Below, in pieces: positions 39,301 to 47,910 of a DNA stretch of 64,000 bases; the first letter of the stretch is position 1; the number at the start of each line of letters is the position of its first letter. The position numbers were made by a program, and so were the translations under genes. Below the pieces are notes generated by a model. The model saw only the letters and a list, made by a program, of their open reading frames with translations, searched no databases and was not told where the DNA came from. The stretch spans positions 1,951,497-2,015,496 of the forward strand of contig OY762911.1 of NCBI GenBank assembly GCA_963666565.1, written 5' to 3'. This DNA comes from Thermoanaerobaculia bacterium. Lineage in GTDB: Bacteria > Acidobacteriota > Thermoanaerobaculia > Multivoradales > Multivoraceae.

Positions 39301-41046
39301 CGGTATGCCGACGAGGCAATGTCACTGCTGTGTGAGGAACCCTGGCGACTTGAATGCGGCGCAGGCGGTAACGGATGGTGGTACGCGATGGAGACGATCC
39401 GGGCGACCTTTCCTCACTGTTCTGCGCCCACACGTGCGAGGCTCGAGGCACTGATTGTCGGACATGCCGACTGGTTTGAGCGGACCAAGGAAGGCCGACA
39501 ATCGGAGGGTCGTGCTCGGTTCGCCCTCCTTTCGGCAATCCCTGCGGATCTCCGCGGCAGGCAAGCGCATAAGCACTTTCAGGAGTTGGAGCGGAAGTTC
39601 GGGGAACCTCCGGGGAAACCACGCGGGCCGGAGGGCGGTCTCGTTGGGCCTCCGATACCTGCCGAGTCCACCGTCAAGATGACGGATCAGCAGTGGCTTC
39701 GGGCCATCGCGAAGCACTCCGCCGAGTGGTCGCCTCGCCGTTATTCACGGAACATACAGAAGGGCGGTGCGCGGGAATTGGCGGGAACTCTGGTCGAACG
39801 CACCCAGGAGGAACCAGAGCGGTTCGCTCGTCTGTGCCTGCGTTTCCCGGCCGATGCGAACCCCGCCTATCTCGACGGCGTCTTGTCTGGCCTGAAGGAG
39901 GCTTCGATAGCGAATGAGTTGAAGCTCCAGGTCTGCCGCAAGGCGTTCGGTGAGGCTTTCGATTACTGCGGTCAGTCGGTAGCGGACGTCCTCGGTGGCC
40001 TTGAGTCTCCAGTCCCGGCGGAGGCCATGGGGATGCTTGACCGGCTTGCGACTGAGCACAGTGATCCCAGTTCGGAGGCGTGGCAGAAGAAGACGGCGGA
40101 CGGTCGTCGAGTCTTCAACGGCGACATCTACTGGAGCGGTATCAACTCGACACGTGGACAGACAGCCCTTGCGGTCGCCAAGCTCATCTCTGCGGACGAC
40201 TCGTGCCTGACGCCGTTCCGGCCGACCCTTGATCGGATGGTCGAGGACGAAAGCCCGGCCGTCGTTTCTTGCGTCATTGGCACGCTCTTGGCCGTTGCCT
40301 ATCACGAGCCCAAACTCGCGCTGCGGCTCCTCGGAAGAACGAACCTGTCCGAGGTCCGGCTGCTCGCTACTCGGCACGCTCGACATCTTCTTCACGGCAC
40401 CCTGCATCGGAACTTCGACCAGGTCCGCCCGTTTCTCAAGCGCATGATTCAGTCGTCGGAACCGGAGGTCTGCCAAGCAGGCGCTCGCTTGCTCAGCGTC
40501 GCGGCGCTGAGCCACGAAGGAGCGGCGGAGCTTGTAGCGCGGTGTCTCGGGGGCAGCGCCGCCCACCGGCTCGGTGTGTGCGAGGTGGCCGCTGCCAACG
40601 TGGCCGACTCGGAGTGTGGGGCGTGGTGCGAGCGAACCCTCTCGGAACTGTTCGATGACGCCGATGCCAATGTCCGAAAAGAGGCTGCGACCTGCTTCCG
40701 GCATGTCGAGAACGAACCGCTCGAAGAGTACGCGGACCTGGTCCAGGCGTTCTGTAGCAGCAGGGCCTATCGCGACGACCCGTTCTGGCTGCTCGACGTC
40801 TTGGAGACGGTGCGAGGTCGACTGCCGGGCGTAACGATCATGGCCTGCGAACGGTTCTTCGACCGATTCGACGGGCTTGAGCAAGGCCGGACTCGTGGGC
40901 TCCGTACGATTGTCAAGCTGATCTTCCGGGCGTACCAGCAGTACGAGCAAGAGAGTTGGGGTCAGCGGTCACTGGATCTCATCGACAGACTCTGTCTTGA
41001 AGGCATCTACGAGGTCGGAAAGGAACTCGATCACTTTGATCGGTAG
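36400..41046 (+). CDS. Giant P-loop NTPase (NACHT/STAND-like) with an N-terminal putative PD-(D/E)xK-like domain and about 1000 aa of C-terminal alpha-helical repeats; candidate antiphage Avs-like protein
   Basis: Walker A LVLVGKAGVGKTACIV, then Walker B VLIVDQLDAV (hhhhDxxD, NACHT-like), about 70 aa downstream. The N-terminal region carries a D...(E/Q)xK pattern (LEEPGLDAAEFVV...REFHQVK). The long C-terminal region is ARM/HEAT-like helical with no enzymatic motif. Start is ATG at 36400 or 36406, or GTG at 36310. Confidence 0.6.
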   Translation: MCMDLETAPRGSTVVYCLAFRDLGGTRWGCLPARRRTFRPEYVEMPLPGGPAAKLGIRYEKWWTLSEFVRMLHGETDSIRLEEPGLDAAEFVVRNGSQREFHQVKRRNPSGKWSLPALKSEGVLQAMGRRLANSADCFVFASSSDAPELSDLCDTAGGSASIEEYRRVFLKADSRREPFDELRRAWGCSLEETFNRLRRIEVSTINERELRKTVERGLRALFISNPADVEKTLLAMVDDSLHQTLTRQGLRETLTRSGYQMRHLNNPEDAAGAVRRATDDHYLVRAQKRLIQERLVPTDAARVVLSRLGETSTDLVLVGKAGVGKTACIVEVVRALREQRGMPVLVFRLDHHTSARSTREIGQQLELEESPAFVLAAAAESANRSGVLIVDQLDAVSTMPDRGSGALDVVEALLDETRGLRARVPVHTIVVSREFDWEHDPQLRGLAAKSAGPVKVTEFHVAQVKEILADAGFDPTLFGENQLQVLRLAQNLSLFLDTGFSASCAPAFRTAKHLFDRYWSYKQRVVDRRAGNLAGRWTEIVRRVCDEMTSSQRLAVPKERLDEVPEDYLQQMASEGVLTFDGHCYGFGHESFFDYCSARLFCGRSERLVSLLTGAEQHLFRRSQVRQVLVYLRDEDFPRYVEEVGELLSDEGIRVHIKHLVFALLAGVEEPRAEEWAIWETWIGPELKAIEADAQGQNALSALAWRSFFVAGSWFRIADDRGKVEEWLGGRGDQLGDLAVRYLLAHHRHSPDRVSAHLNPYVDSGGRWPQRFLYFMGRVQHGASRSLFELFLRLVDNGVLDDGRAMFASNETFWDMLRDLKEDRPEWIAEALAHRLRRRLRLRLEDDSDAYPGRLLGNHGSGSRVFVKSAANAPAAYVKHVLPAVLEVVDSTVTGEKPPRRDTVWFLLHEFSHLSADETCLKCLGQALATVAQVDRRSARELIADLRGRDSHTANYLLLALYRGEPTRYADEAMSLLCEEPWRLECGAGGNGWWYAMETIRATFPHCSAPTRARLEALIVGHADWFERTKEGRQSEGRARFALLSAIPADLRGRQAHKHFQELERKFGEPPGKPRGPEGGLVGPPIPAESTVKMTDQQWLRAIAKHSAEWSPRRYSRNIQKGGARELAGTLVERTQEEPERFARLCLRFPADANPAYLDGVLSGLKEASIANELKLQVCRKAFGEAFDYCGQSVADVLGGLESPVPAEAMGMLDRLATEHSDPSSEAWQKKTADGRRVFNGDIYWSGINSTRGQTALAVAKLISADDSCLTPFRPTLDRMVEDESPAVVSCVIGTLLAVAYHEPKLALRLLGRTNLSEVRLLATRHARHLLHGTLHRNFDQVRPFLKRMIQSSEPEVCQAGARLLSVAALSHEGAAELVARCLGGSAAHRLGVCEVAAANVADSECGAWCERTLSELFDDADANVRKEAATCFRHVENEPLEEYADLVQAFCSSRAYRDDPFWLLDVLETVRGRLPGVTIMACERFFDRFDGLEQGRTRGLRTIVKLIFRAYQQYEQESWGQRSLDLIDRLCLEGIYEVGKELDHFDR

Positions 41047-41176
41047 GTAGGGAGGATGCGGCATCTTGGCCGTTCTGTCGGCCGATGGCCGTTGTAAGGC
41101 GGAACGGATGGCGACGTGAGGCAGTGTGCGCCGGGGCAGGTCTTGACTGCTTGCCGGCCCGGGCAGAGGAAGCGCC

Positions 41177-42550
41177 TCAGGGGAGCGCAACGGCCGTGTG
41201 GCGCACGTCAAGCTTCCCGGTGACCGCGTCGGCAGTCACTCGTGCGCGGAACTCGCTGAGAAGGGCGATGTGGCGGTGCGTGCGGTCGATTGCGGCTGCG
41301 TGTCGGTCCGTGACTTTCCGGCAGAACTGCGCGATGGCGACCTGCTCGGGCGGCGGTGGCAGGCAGACGCGCAACCGCGAGACGATTTCGGCATTCAGGT
41401 TGGACATCGTAGAGCCGACCGATGCGAGTTCGAGTGCATCGCGGGTGCGTGACGAGTTCAGAACGAGAAGGAGGTAGTCGGGCGAACAGACCGTCTTTCT
41501 TGCCCGGAGTCGCAGGCTGCCAGTACCGCAGATCCAGCCTGCTTGGGCGGAACGCACCAGGGCGGAGCGACCGACTTCGCCGCGCCGGGCGATGACGACG
41601 TCGCCAGTAGCGAGTCGGTGCCTTGAGAGTTCCGCCGCCTTCCGTCCGGTGACGGCTATGGAGCGATCTGGCGCTATCCTGCCTTCGCTCAGGTGCGACG
41701 GATTGATGACGGGAACGCCGCCGTCGATGTACTCGTCGGCATGGAGTTGACTACCGAACGGCCCGGTCTGAATCGAGTTCGACGCTGTGCCAAGTGCAAG
41801 TTCAGGCCAGTGCGCCGGCACTTCCGTCAGCCATTCGACCTCCGATTCCTTGTATTCGAGATAGGGCTGGCCGGTCCGGACGTCGATCTGGCCGGTGACG
41901 GCCTGATGCACGATGGCCTGTTGCTGCTCCTCCAGCAGCCCGATCAGCTTCTCCTTCTTCCGAATGGCCCGACGGATGTGCCGGTCGATGTAGTCGAGAA
42001 AGCGGGCGATGGCGGTCTGTTCGGCTAGCGGAGGCAGCGTTAGCGGCAGGTCTCGCCAGCGTTCGGTTGGAAGCCTGCGCGTGCCATGCCCTGCTTCGTC
42101 GATCAGAGGAAACAGGCCGTCGCGAGCGCAAGCGAGGAACGACGCCAGATAGGCCGCGTTGAGCGCGGGACAGGGGCGTAGGGCTTTCATGTCCTGGTTG
42201 ATCGTTACCGGCGAGGTCGTTCTGGCGATGGGCACTCTGCGGGCAAGGATCATTCCGCGGACGACCATGAGCACGGCGGGAGGCTGAACCAACCGAAGTG
42301 CGGTTTCGGCGAGTGCGGCGTCTGTGACCCGCACACGCGAATCGCCGATCACCATGGTCTTCATGTCCTTCGGCGTGACCCATGGAATGTCGCCGTTCCA
42401 GAAGCGACCGTCTTCCATGCTGGGCGTCATTCCTCCCGAGATCGAGGCGCATTGCCGGAGCTTCCTCATCTTCCAATGCGCCGGTACCTCGCCCAGCCAC
42501 TCCACGCCGGAGTCCTCGTACTCGCTGTAGGCCTCCAGCGCGTGCGTCAT
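41177..42550 (-). CDS. hsdS: Type I restriction-modification specificity subunit (HsdS), two target-recognition domains
   Basis: Two TRDs are separated and followed by conserved coiled-coil regions (LAEQTAIARFLD..., PPPEQVAIAQFC...). The ATG at 42550 overlaps the upstream stop (ATGA). Confidence 0.85.
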   Translation of the reverse strand: MTHALEAYSEYEDSGVEWLGEVPAHWKMRKLRQCASISGGMTPSMEDGRFWNGDIPWVTPKDMKTMVIGDSRVRVTDAALAETALRLVQPPAVLMVVRGMILARRVPIARTTSPVTINQDMKALRPCPALNAAYLASFLACARDGLFPLIDEAGHGTRRLPTERWRDLPLTLPPLAEQTAIARFLDYIDRHIRRAIRKKEKLIGLLEEQQQAIVHQAVTGQIDVRTGQPYLEYKESEVEWLTEVPAHWPELALGTASNSIQTGPFGSQLHADEYIDGGVPVINPSHLSEGRIAPDRSIAVTGRKAAELSRHRLATGDVVIARRGEVGRSALVRSAQAGWICGTGSLRLRARKTVCSPDYLLLVLNSSRTRDALELASVGSTMSNLNAEIVSRLRVCLPPPPEQVAIAQFCRKVTDRHAAAIDRTHRHIALLSEFRARVTADAVTGKLDVRHTAVALP

Positions 42551-42903
42551 TCCTCGGACTGCTCGGCAGGTACCTTGGGTTCAATGGCTGGCTCGCTCTC
42601 GCCATGCCACCTTGTGCGTTCCATGAATCGGCGGAGGATGGGGTCCGTTGGGCGATAGTCCCGTATCCAGGCGTTGATCTCGCCGTTGGTCATGTCTTCG
42701 AACTTCCTGCTGAGGCGTTTCCGTTGCTCCCGCTCGTAGGCGACGCAGTCGAAGTCGTTCTCCTCTCTCTTGGCCGTCACTCCACCGGGGCCTTTCTGAC
42801 GCCCGAGTCCGCTACGAGGCGAAGCGGAAGGAGCTTGGCTCTCGGCGACCGCTCCCAGATACGACGGAGGATGGGGTCCGTGATCTCCCGGTTGTTCCTC
42901 CAC
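42547..42903 (-). pseudogene. Remnant of the PIN-gene 3' region (tail domain only), translationally coupled to hsdS
   Basis: ...FDCVAYEREQRKRLSRKFEDMTNGEINAWIRDYRPTDPILRRFMERT is homologous to the C-terminal tails of the PIN copies. Its stop overlaps the hsdS ATG. Confidence 0.35.
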
Positions 42904-43511
42904 TCCACCTGCTCCTCGGGAGTCATGGCTTCTAACTTCCGACTGATGCGGTCCCTCTGCTCGCGCACGAAGCCGACGCAGTCGAAGCTCTTGTCGTTCG
43001 GGTCGCGGAAGTTCTCGCCCAGGATGGCCGGAGGCTCGTACATCTTGATCCGGGGATGACCGAGTTCCCGGTTGACGGCGTCGAACTTGGGCCCGCGGCG
43101 GAAGTTCAGCAGGTGCTTGTAGTTCCAGCTCGCAAGCATGTCGACGTTTGCGAGCGTGGCGAAGGCGACGTGCAGGGCGGCGGGTCGCGCGGCCGGGTCC
43201 AACGCGCCCGCCTCGATGTAGCGGTCGGCGAGTTCCTCGGCTGCTCCCGACGGCTCCAGGAGCTCCGAGTGCTCCCGCGGCACCGTACCTAGCAGCGCTC
43301 TCGCGGCCTCGGTCGCCGCGTCCAACTCGCCCACGACCGCGGCCGACAGGACGAGGGTCATGTCGGCGGCACGGAACCCCTCGAACAGAGCCCGGGACGA
43401 CTCCCTGATCCAGTACTTCTCGTCCTCGCAGGCGGAGAACACGGAGGAGTCGACGTACACGCGGGGCGTTTCCGGCCAGGACGGAACCGGGTACGTCGTC
43501 TCAGCGGTCAT
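42777..43511 (-). CDS. PIN-domain nuclease-like protein with a C-terminal extension (distal copy C)
   Basis: PIN signature: N-terminal Asp (RVYVDSSVF), the acidic residues, and the C-terminal T/SxNxKH-type motif (NVDMLASWNYKHL). The ATG overlaps the stop of an hsdM C-terminal fragment. Confidence 0.6.
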   Translation of the reverse strand: MTAETTYPVPSWPETPRVYVDSSVFSACEDEKYWIRESSRALFEGFRAADMTLVLSAAVVGELDAATEAARALLGTVPREHSELLEPSGAAEELADRYIEAGALDPAARPAALHVAFATLANVDMLASWNYKHLLNFRRGPKFDAVNRELGHPRIKMYEPPAILGENFRDPNDKSFDCVGFVREQRDRISRKLEAMTPEEQVEWRNNREITDPILRRIWERSPRAKLLPLRLVADSGVRKAPVE

Positions 43512-43690
43512 CGTCCACCTCTTTCGACGGACCGGGCGCCATGCCGCCCATGATCTGGGCCAGCAGGCCGTCGGTCATCGTCTCCAGCGTCAGGCTGTCA
43601 GCCTGGAACTCCGCCAGCGGCCGCATGGGCTCGGGCCTGTAACAGTAGCGGTCGAAGCCGATCTCGTAGCGGGTCTTCATGGTGACTGGA
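43501..43690 (-). pseudogene. Duplicated hsdM 3' terminal fragment (encodes the last ~59 aa of HsdM)
   Basis: MKTRYEIGFDRYCYRPEPMRPLAEFQADSLTLETMTDGLLAQIMGGMAPGPSKEVDDDR aligns to the HsdM C-terminus (VKTSYEISFNRYFYKPEPMRPLAEIQADILALETQTEGLLAEIMGGMVPGPSKEVDDDR). Confidence 0.6.
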
Positions 43691-44130
43691 GTTGTACCAC
43701 GCATCGGCGGCTCAGGGCACCGCCTCGCGGCGCGGCAACGCCTTGATGCCGCCGTTCTTCGATCCCTGTCGCGGAGGTTCGCCGCGGTCTTGTTCGGCCG
43801 CGCCAGCAGGCGGCCCAGCGGTTCAGGCCGGGAGATCGTGATCCTCGGAGGGCGTGTCCTGCACGCTGGCATTGCGATCCCGCAGGCGCTCGACAAGACG
43901 CCGCAGCTTCGGGTCTGTCGGTAGGTAGTTGCGCATCCAGGCGCCTATCTCGTCGCTGCTCATGCCTTCGAGCTCCTTGCCGGCCGCGGCGATCACGGCC
44001 GCCGCAGCCAGCCTCAAAGCCTCGAACCGGCTCAAACCGTCTAGACACGCGCAACGGTCGCGGGCCTCGCCTTGCCGGCGACCGCCCGGCCAAGCACTGC
44101 GGCGAGGGACCGTGATCGCTCAGACAGTGG

Positions 44131-44475
44131 TTAGCGGAGATGCTCGCGCAGAGAAGCGCCGGGCTTCGGCCAGTCGTACCACGATTCCCAGAACACGCCC
44201 TTTGTCCCGCTTTCGCGTCGCGTACACCCAAAGTGCAGGCGGGTCCCCTCAAGGTATCCGCTGACGCGGTGCGGCTTGTCAGTAACGACGTCCAAGCCGA
44301 ACCCCGTCGCGCTCTCTATCCCCGCGAGACAGCTTGCGAGCGTCGCCCGCTCGGCACCCATTGTGATCGTTGACGACTCGCCGCCGCACGCGACGACCAC
44401 AGCGAAGCCGACGCTCACGACCGCTACTAGCGCCAAGCGGCGCACGTTCCCTAGCGCTTTCTCCATGAAAGCCAA
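44131..44475 (-). CDS. Small putative lipoprotein (114 aa) inserted within the degraded middle PIN copy
   Basis: Signal peptide with lipobox (LALVAVVSVGFAVVVACGG). The sequence is unrelated to the PIN module. Confidence 0.4.
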   Translation of the reverse strand: MAFMEKALGNVRRLALVAVVSVGFAVVVACGGESSTITMGAERATLASCLAGIESATGFGLDVVTDKPHRVSGYLEGTRLHFGCTRRESGTKGVFWESWYDWPKPGASLREHLR

Positions 44476-44987
44476 AGCGTATCACGCGGACCGCGACCGC
44501 GGCCGGGAGCTTCTTCCGCTGCTCGCGCTGGAAGGCGGCCTGCAAGGCGATGGGTCCCGTCGCCGCATCCACCGCGCTCCCTTCGACGTAGCGGTCGGCG
44601 AGTTCCTCGGCTGCTCGCGACGGTTCCAGCAACTCCGAGTGCTCCCGCGGCACTTTGTTTGGCAGGGCTCTCGCGGCCTCGGTCGCCGAGTCCAACTCGC
44701 CCGCGACCGCGGCCGACAGGACGAGGGTCACGTCGCCGGCACGGAAACCCCTCGAACAGAGCCCGGGACGACTCGCTGGTCCAGTACTTCTCGTCCTCGC
44801 AGGCGGAGAACACGGAGGAGTCGACGTACACGCGGGGCGTCTCCGGCCAAGACGGAACCGGGTACGTCGTCTCAGCGGTCATCGTCCGCCTCCTTCGACG
44901 GACCGGGCGCCATGCCGCCCATGATCTCCGCAGGCCCTCGGGCTGCGGCTCCAGGCTGTCAGCCTGGATCGCCGCCAGTGGCCGCAT
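44279..44987 (-). pseudogene. Degraded PIN-domain gene (middle copy B), frameshifted and with its central part replaced
   Basis: The N-terminus MTAETTYPVPSWPETPRVYVDSSVFSACEDEKYW (track ORF 44451..44987) goes out of frame. The middle (track ORF 44279..44731) matches the PIN central region (MTLVLSAAVAGELDSATEAARALP...), then diverges. Confidence 0.5.
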
Positions 44988-45176
44988 GGGCTCGGTTCTC
45001 TAGTAGCGGTTGAAGCTGATTTCGTAGCCGGTCGTCACGATCCTGGAGTTGTACCACGCGTCGGCGGCTCAGGGCACCACCTCGCGGCGCGGCAGGCCTT
45101 GCTGCCGCCGTTCTTGGATCCGTGTCACGAAGACTCGCCTCGACTCTGTTCGGCCGCCAGCAGGCGGCCCAGCGGT

Positions 45177-45902
45177 TCAGGCCGGGAGATCGTGATCCTG
45201 GGAGGGCGTGTCCTGCACGCTGGCATCGCGATCCCGCAGGCGCTCGACCAGGCGCCGCAGCTTCGGGTCTGTCGGTAGGTAGTTCCGCGTCCAGGCACCG
45301 ATCTCTTCGCTGGTCATGCCTTCGAACTCCTTGCCGAGCTTCTTCCGTTGCTCGCGCATGAAGCCGACGCAGTCGAAGCTCTTGTCATTCGGGTCGCGGA
45401 AGTTCTCGCCCAGGATGGCCGGAGGCTCGTACATCTTGATCCGGGGATGACCGAGTTCCCGGTTGACGGCGTTGAACCTGGGCCTGCGGTAGACGTTCAG
45501 GAGGTGCTTGTGGTTCCAACTCGCGAGTGTGTCGACGTTTGCGAGCGTGGCGAAGGCGACGTGCAGGGCGGCGGGTCGCGCGGCCGGGGCCACCGCGCCC
45601 GCTTCGATGTAGCGGTCGGCGAGTGCCTCGGCTGCTCGCGACGGTTCCAGAAACTCCGAGTGCTCCCGCGGCACCGTACCTGGCAGGGCTCTTGCGGCCT
45701 CGGTCGCCGAGTCCAACTCGCCCGCCACCGCGGCCGAGAGGACGAGGGTCATGTCGCCGGCACGGAACCGCTCGAACAGAGCGCGAGACGACTCCCTGAT
45801 CCAGTACTTCTCGTCCTCGCAGGCGGAGAACACGGAGGTGTCGACGTAGATGCGGGGTGTTTCCGGCCAGGGCGGTACCGGGTACGTCGTCTCAGCGGTC
45901 AT
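45177..45902 (-). CDS. PIN-domain nuclease-like protein with a C-terminal extension (proximal copy A, coupled to hsdM)
   Basis: The same PIN motifs as copy C (IYVDTSVF...NVDTLASWNHKHL), with a distinct C-terminal tail (...GAWTRNYLPTDPKLRRLVERLRDR). The ATG overlaps the hsdM stop. Confidence 0.65.
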   Translation of the reverse strand: MTAETTYPVPPWPETPRIYVDTSVFSACEDEKYWIRESSRALFERFRAGDMTLVLSAAVAGELDSATEAARALPGTVPREHSEFLEPSRAAEALADRYIEAGAVAPAARPAALHVAFATLANVDTLASWNHKHLLNVYRRPRFNAVNRELGHPRIKMYEPPAILGENFRDPNDKSFDCVGFMREQRKKLGKEFEGMTSEEIGAWTRNYLPTDPKLRRLVERLRDRDASVQDTPSQDHDLPA

Positions 45903-47910
45903 CGTCCACCTCCTTCGACGGACCGGGCACCATGCCGCCCATGATCTCGGCCAGCAGACCCTCGGTCTGCGTCTCCAGGGCCAGGATGTCGGCCTGGATC
46001 TCCGCCAGCGGCCGCATTGGCTCGGGCTTGTAGAAGTAGCGGTTGAAGCTGATCTCGTAGCTGGTCTTCACGGTTCTGGAGTTGTACCACGCATCCGGGG
46101 CCCAGGGCAGGACCTCGCGGCGCAGAAAGGCCTCGATGCCGCCGTCCTCCTGGAGCGGGATCTGCTCGGTGTCGCGGAGGCTCGTGTCCGGCTCGTACTC
46201 GACGACGGCGGTCCGGCCATCGACCTTCGCCTCGAACAGGCCGCGCAGCGGGTCGGCGGCGACGCCCCGCTTGTGGACCTTCCGGATCACCGGCGGCGCC
46301 TCTTCGCCCTCGCCGCGGACGCCAGTGGCCTTGAGTCCGCGGATCTCGGCGGCCTTGTAGGCGCGGCACCCGTCGATTCCCTCGATGCGGAGCGGCCGCT
46401 CGACGGTGACCTTCCAGTAGCCGAAGGCCTCGTTGTCGAAGACCTTGCTTTCCTCGGTCTCCTCGAAGGCGAGGAAGGCGTCGCAGATGCGGGCGATGTC
46501 CTCGTCGCCGAGTTCGCAGTTCTTCTTGCCGAGGTTCTTGCGCAGCGGCTGGAACCGCTTCGTGGCGTCGATGAGCTGCACCTTGCCCCGGCGGTGCTCC
46601 GGCTTGCGGTTCGTCAGCACCCAGACGTAGGTGGCGATGCCGGTGTTGTAGAACATGTTGAGCGGCAGGGCGACGATCGCCTCCAGCCAGTCGTTCTCGA
46701 CGATCCAGCGGCGGATGTTGCTCTCGCCCTGGCCGGCGTCGCCGGTGAAGAGGGAACTGCCGTTGTGGACCTCGGCGATCCGGCTGCCGAGCGGCGTGTT
46801 CCGCTTCATCTTGGCGAGCTTGTTGGCCAGGAAGAGCATCTGCCCGTCGCTGCTGCGGGTGACGAGGGAGAACTCCGGGTCGCCGCCGTGCTCGATCAGG
46901 AACCGCGGGTCGCGCATGTCCTTCTTGCCGCCCATGCGCGCGAGGTCCGTCTTCCAGCTCTTGCCGTAGGGCGGGTTGGAGAGCATGAAGTCGAACTCGC
47001 GGGCCGGGAAGGCGTCGTTCGAGAGCGTGGAGTGCTCCGGCCCGCCGACGATGTTGTCGGCGGCCGCTCCCTCGCCCTTGAGGAGAAGGTCGGCCTTGCA
47101 GATGGCGTAGGTCTCGGCGTTGATCTCCTGGCCGAAGAGGTGCGTGGAGACCTCCTTGCCGCGCTCGGCGGCGAGCGACTGGAGCACGTCCTCGGCCACG
47201 GTGAGGATGCCGCCGGTGCCGCAGGCGCCGTCGTAGAGGGTGTAGGTGGCGGACCGGAGTCGGTCGGCCACGGGCAGGAAGACGAGGTTCGCCATCAGCT
47301 TGACCGCGTCGCGCGGCGTGAAGTGCTCGCCGGCCTCCTCGTTGTTCTCCTCGTTGAAGCGGCGGATCAGTTCCTCGAAGATCGAGCCCATGCCGTGGTT
47401 GTCGAGGCCGGGGTGCTTCACGCCGCCGTCGCCGTCCGTCACCGGCTCGGGGCCCAGGTTGATGTCGGGCGAAGTCAGCTTCTCGATCAGCGTGCCGAGC
47501 GCGTCGGCCCGCGAGAGCCGCGGGATCTGGTTGCGGAACTCGAAGTTCTCGAGGATGTCCTGGACGTTCGGAGAGAAGCCGTCGAGCCACGCCTCGAAGT
47601 CGGCCCGGAGCCGCTGCCGGCCGGCGCGGGCGCGCAGGTCGCGCAGCGTGTAGCTGGACGTGTTGTAGAAGTCCTGCTTCGCCGCGTCCCGCAGGGTGGC
47701 GTCCTGGTCGACGATCTCGAGTTCGTCGAGAGTTGCCTTCACCTGCAGGACGTGCTGCTTGCGCGGCTCCAGCACCGCGTCGAGCCGCCGCAACAGGGTC
47801 ATCGGCAGGATGACGTCGCGGTACTTGCCGCGGACGTAGAGGTCGCGGAGGACGTCGTCGGCGATGCCCCAGATGTAGCCGGTGATCCAGCTCAGGGAGG
47901 CGTTGTCCAC
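45892..47910 (-). CDS. hsdM: Type I restriction-modification N6-adenine DNA methyltransferase subunit (HsdM)
   Basis: HsdM_N (IWGIADDVLRDLYV...DVILPMTLLRRLD), an AdoMet motif (YDGACGTGG) and the catalytic NPPY (LSNPPYG). Confidence 0.9.
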   Translation of the reverse strand: MDNASLSWITGYIWGIADDVLRDLYVRGKYRDVILPMTLLRRLDAVLEPRKQHVLQVKATLDELEIVDQDATLRDAAKQDFYNTSSYTLRDLRARAGRQRLRADFEAWLDGFSPNVQDILENFEFRNQIPRLSRADALGTLIEKLTSPDINLGPEPVTDGDGGVKHPGLDNHGMGSIFEELIRRFNEENNEEAGEHFTPRDAVKLMANLVFLPVADRLRSATYTLYDGACGTGGILTVAEDVLQSLAAERGKEVSTHLFGQEINAETYAICKADLLLKGEGAAADNIVGGPEHSTLSNDAFPAREFDFMLSNPPYGKSWKTDLARMGGKKDMRDPRFLIEHGGDPEFSLVTRSSDGQMLFLANKLAKMKRNTPLGSRIAEVHNGSSLFTGDAGQGESNIRRWIVENDWLEAIVALPLNMFYNTGIATYVWVLTNRKPEHRRGKVQLIDATKRFQPLRKNLGKKNCELGDEDIARICDAFLAFEETEESKVFDNEAFGYWKVTVERPLRIEGIDGCRAYKAAEIRGLKATGVRGEGEEAPPVIRKVHKRGVAADPLRGLFEAKVDGRTAVVEYEPDTSLRDTEQIPLQEDGGIEAFLRREVLPWAPDAWYNSRTVKTSYEISFNRYFYKPEPMRPLAEIQADILALETQTEGLLAEIMGGMVPGPSKEVDDDR

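Larger units (their letters stand above)
42547..46140. repeat. Segmental tandem amplification: about 3.5 copies of a roughly 0.9-kb unit (hsdM 3' end fragment plus a PIN-domain gene) between hsdM and hsdS
   Basis: Homologous blocks lie at 45177-46140 (the copy attached to hsdM), 44279-45100 (degraded), 42777-43750 and 42547-42903 (tail only). The hsdM C-terminal peptide ...PEPMRPLAE(I/F)QAD...GGM.PGPSKEVDDDR is repeated, each time overlapping a PIN start (ATGA). Confidence 0.8.

Noticed and set aside
36400-41046. BREX BrxC/PglY-like ATPase or KAP NTPase
   Set aside because: No PglZ, PglX or BrxL-type partners lie nearby, and the Walker B motif is NACHT-like (hhhhDxxDxx) with a long helical-repeat C-terminus. 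The STAND interpretation is preferred, though not proven.
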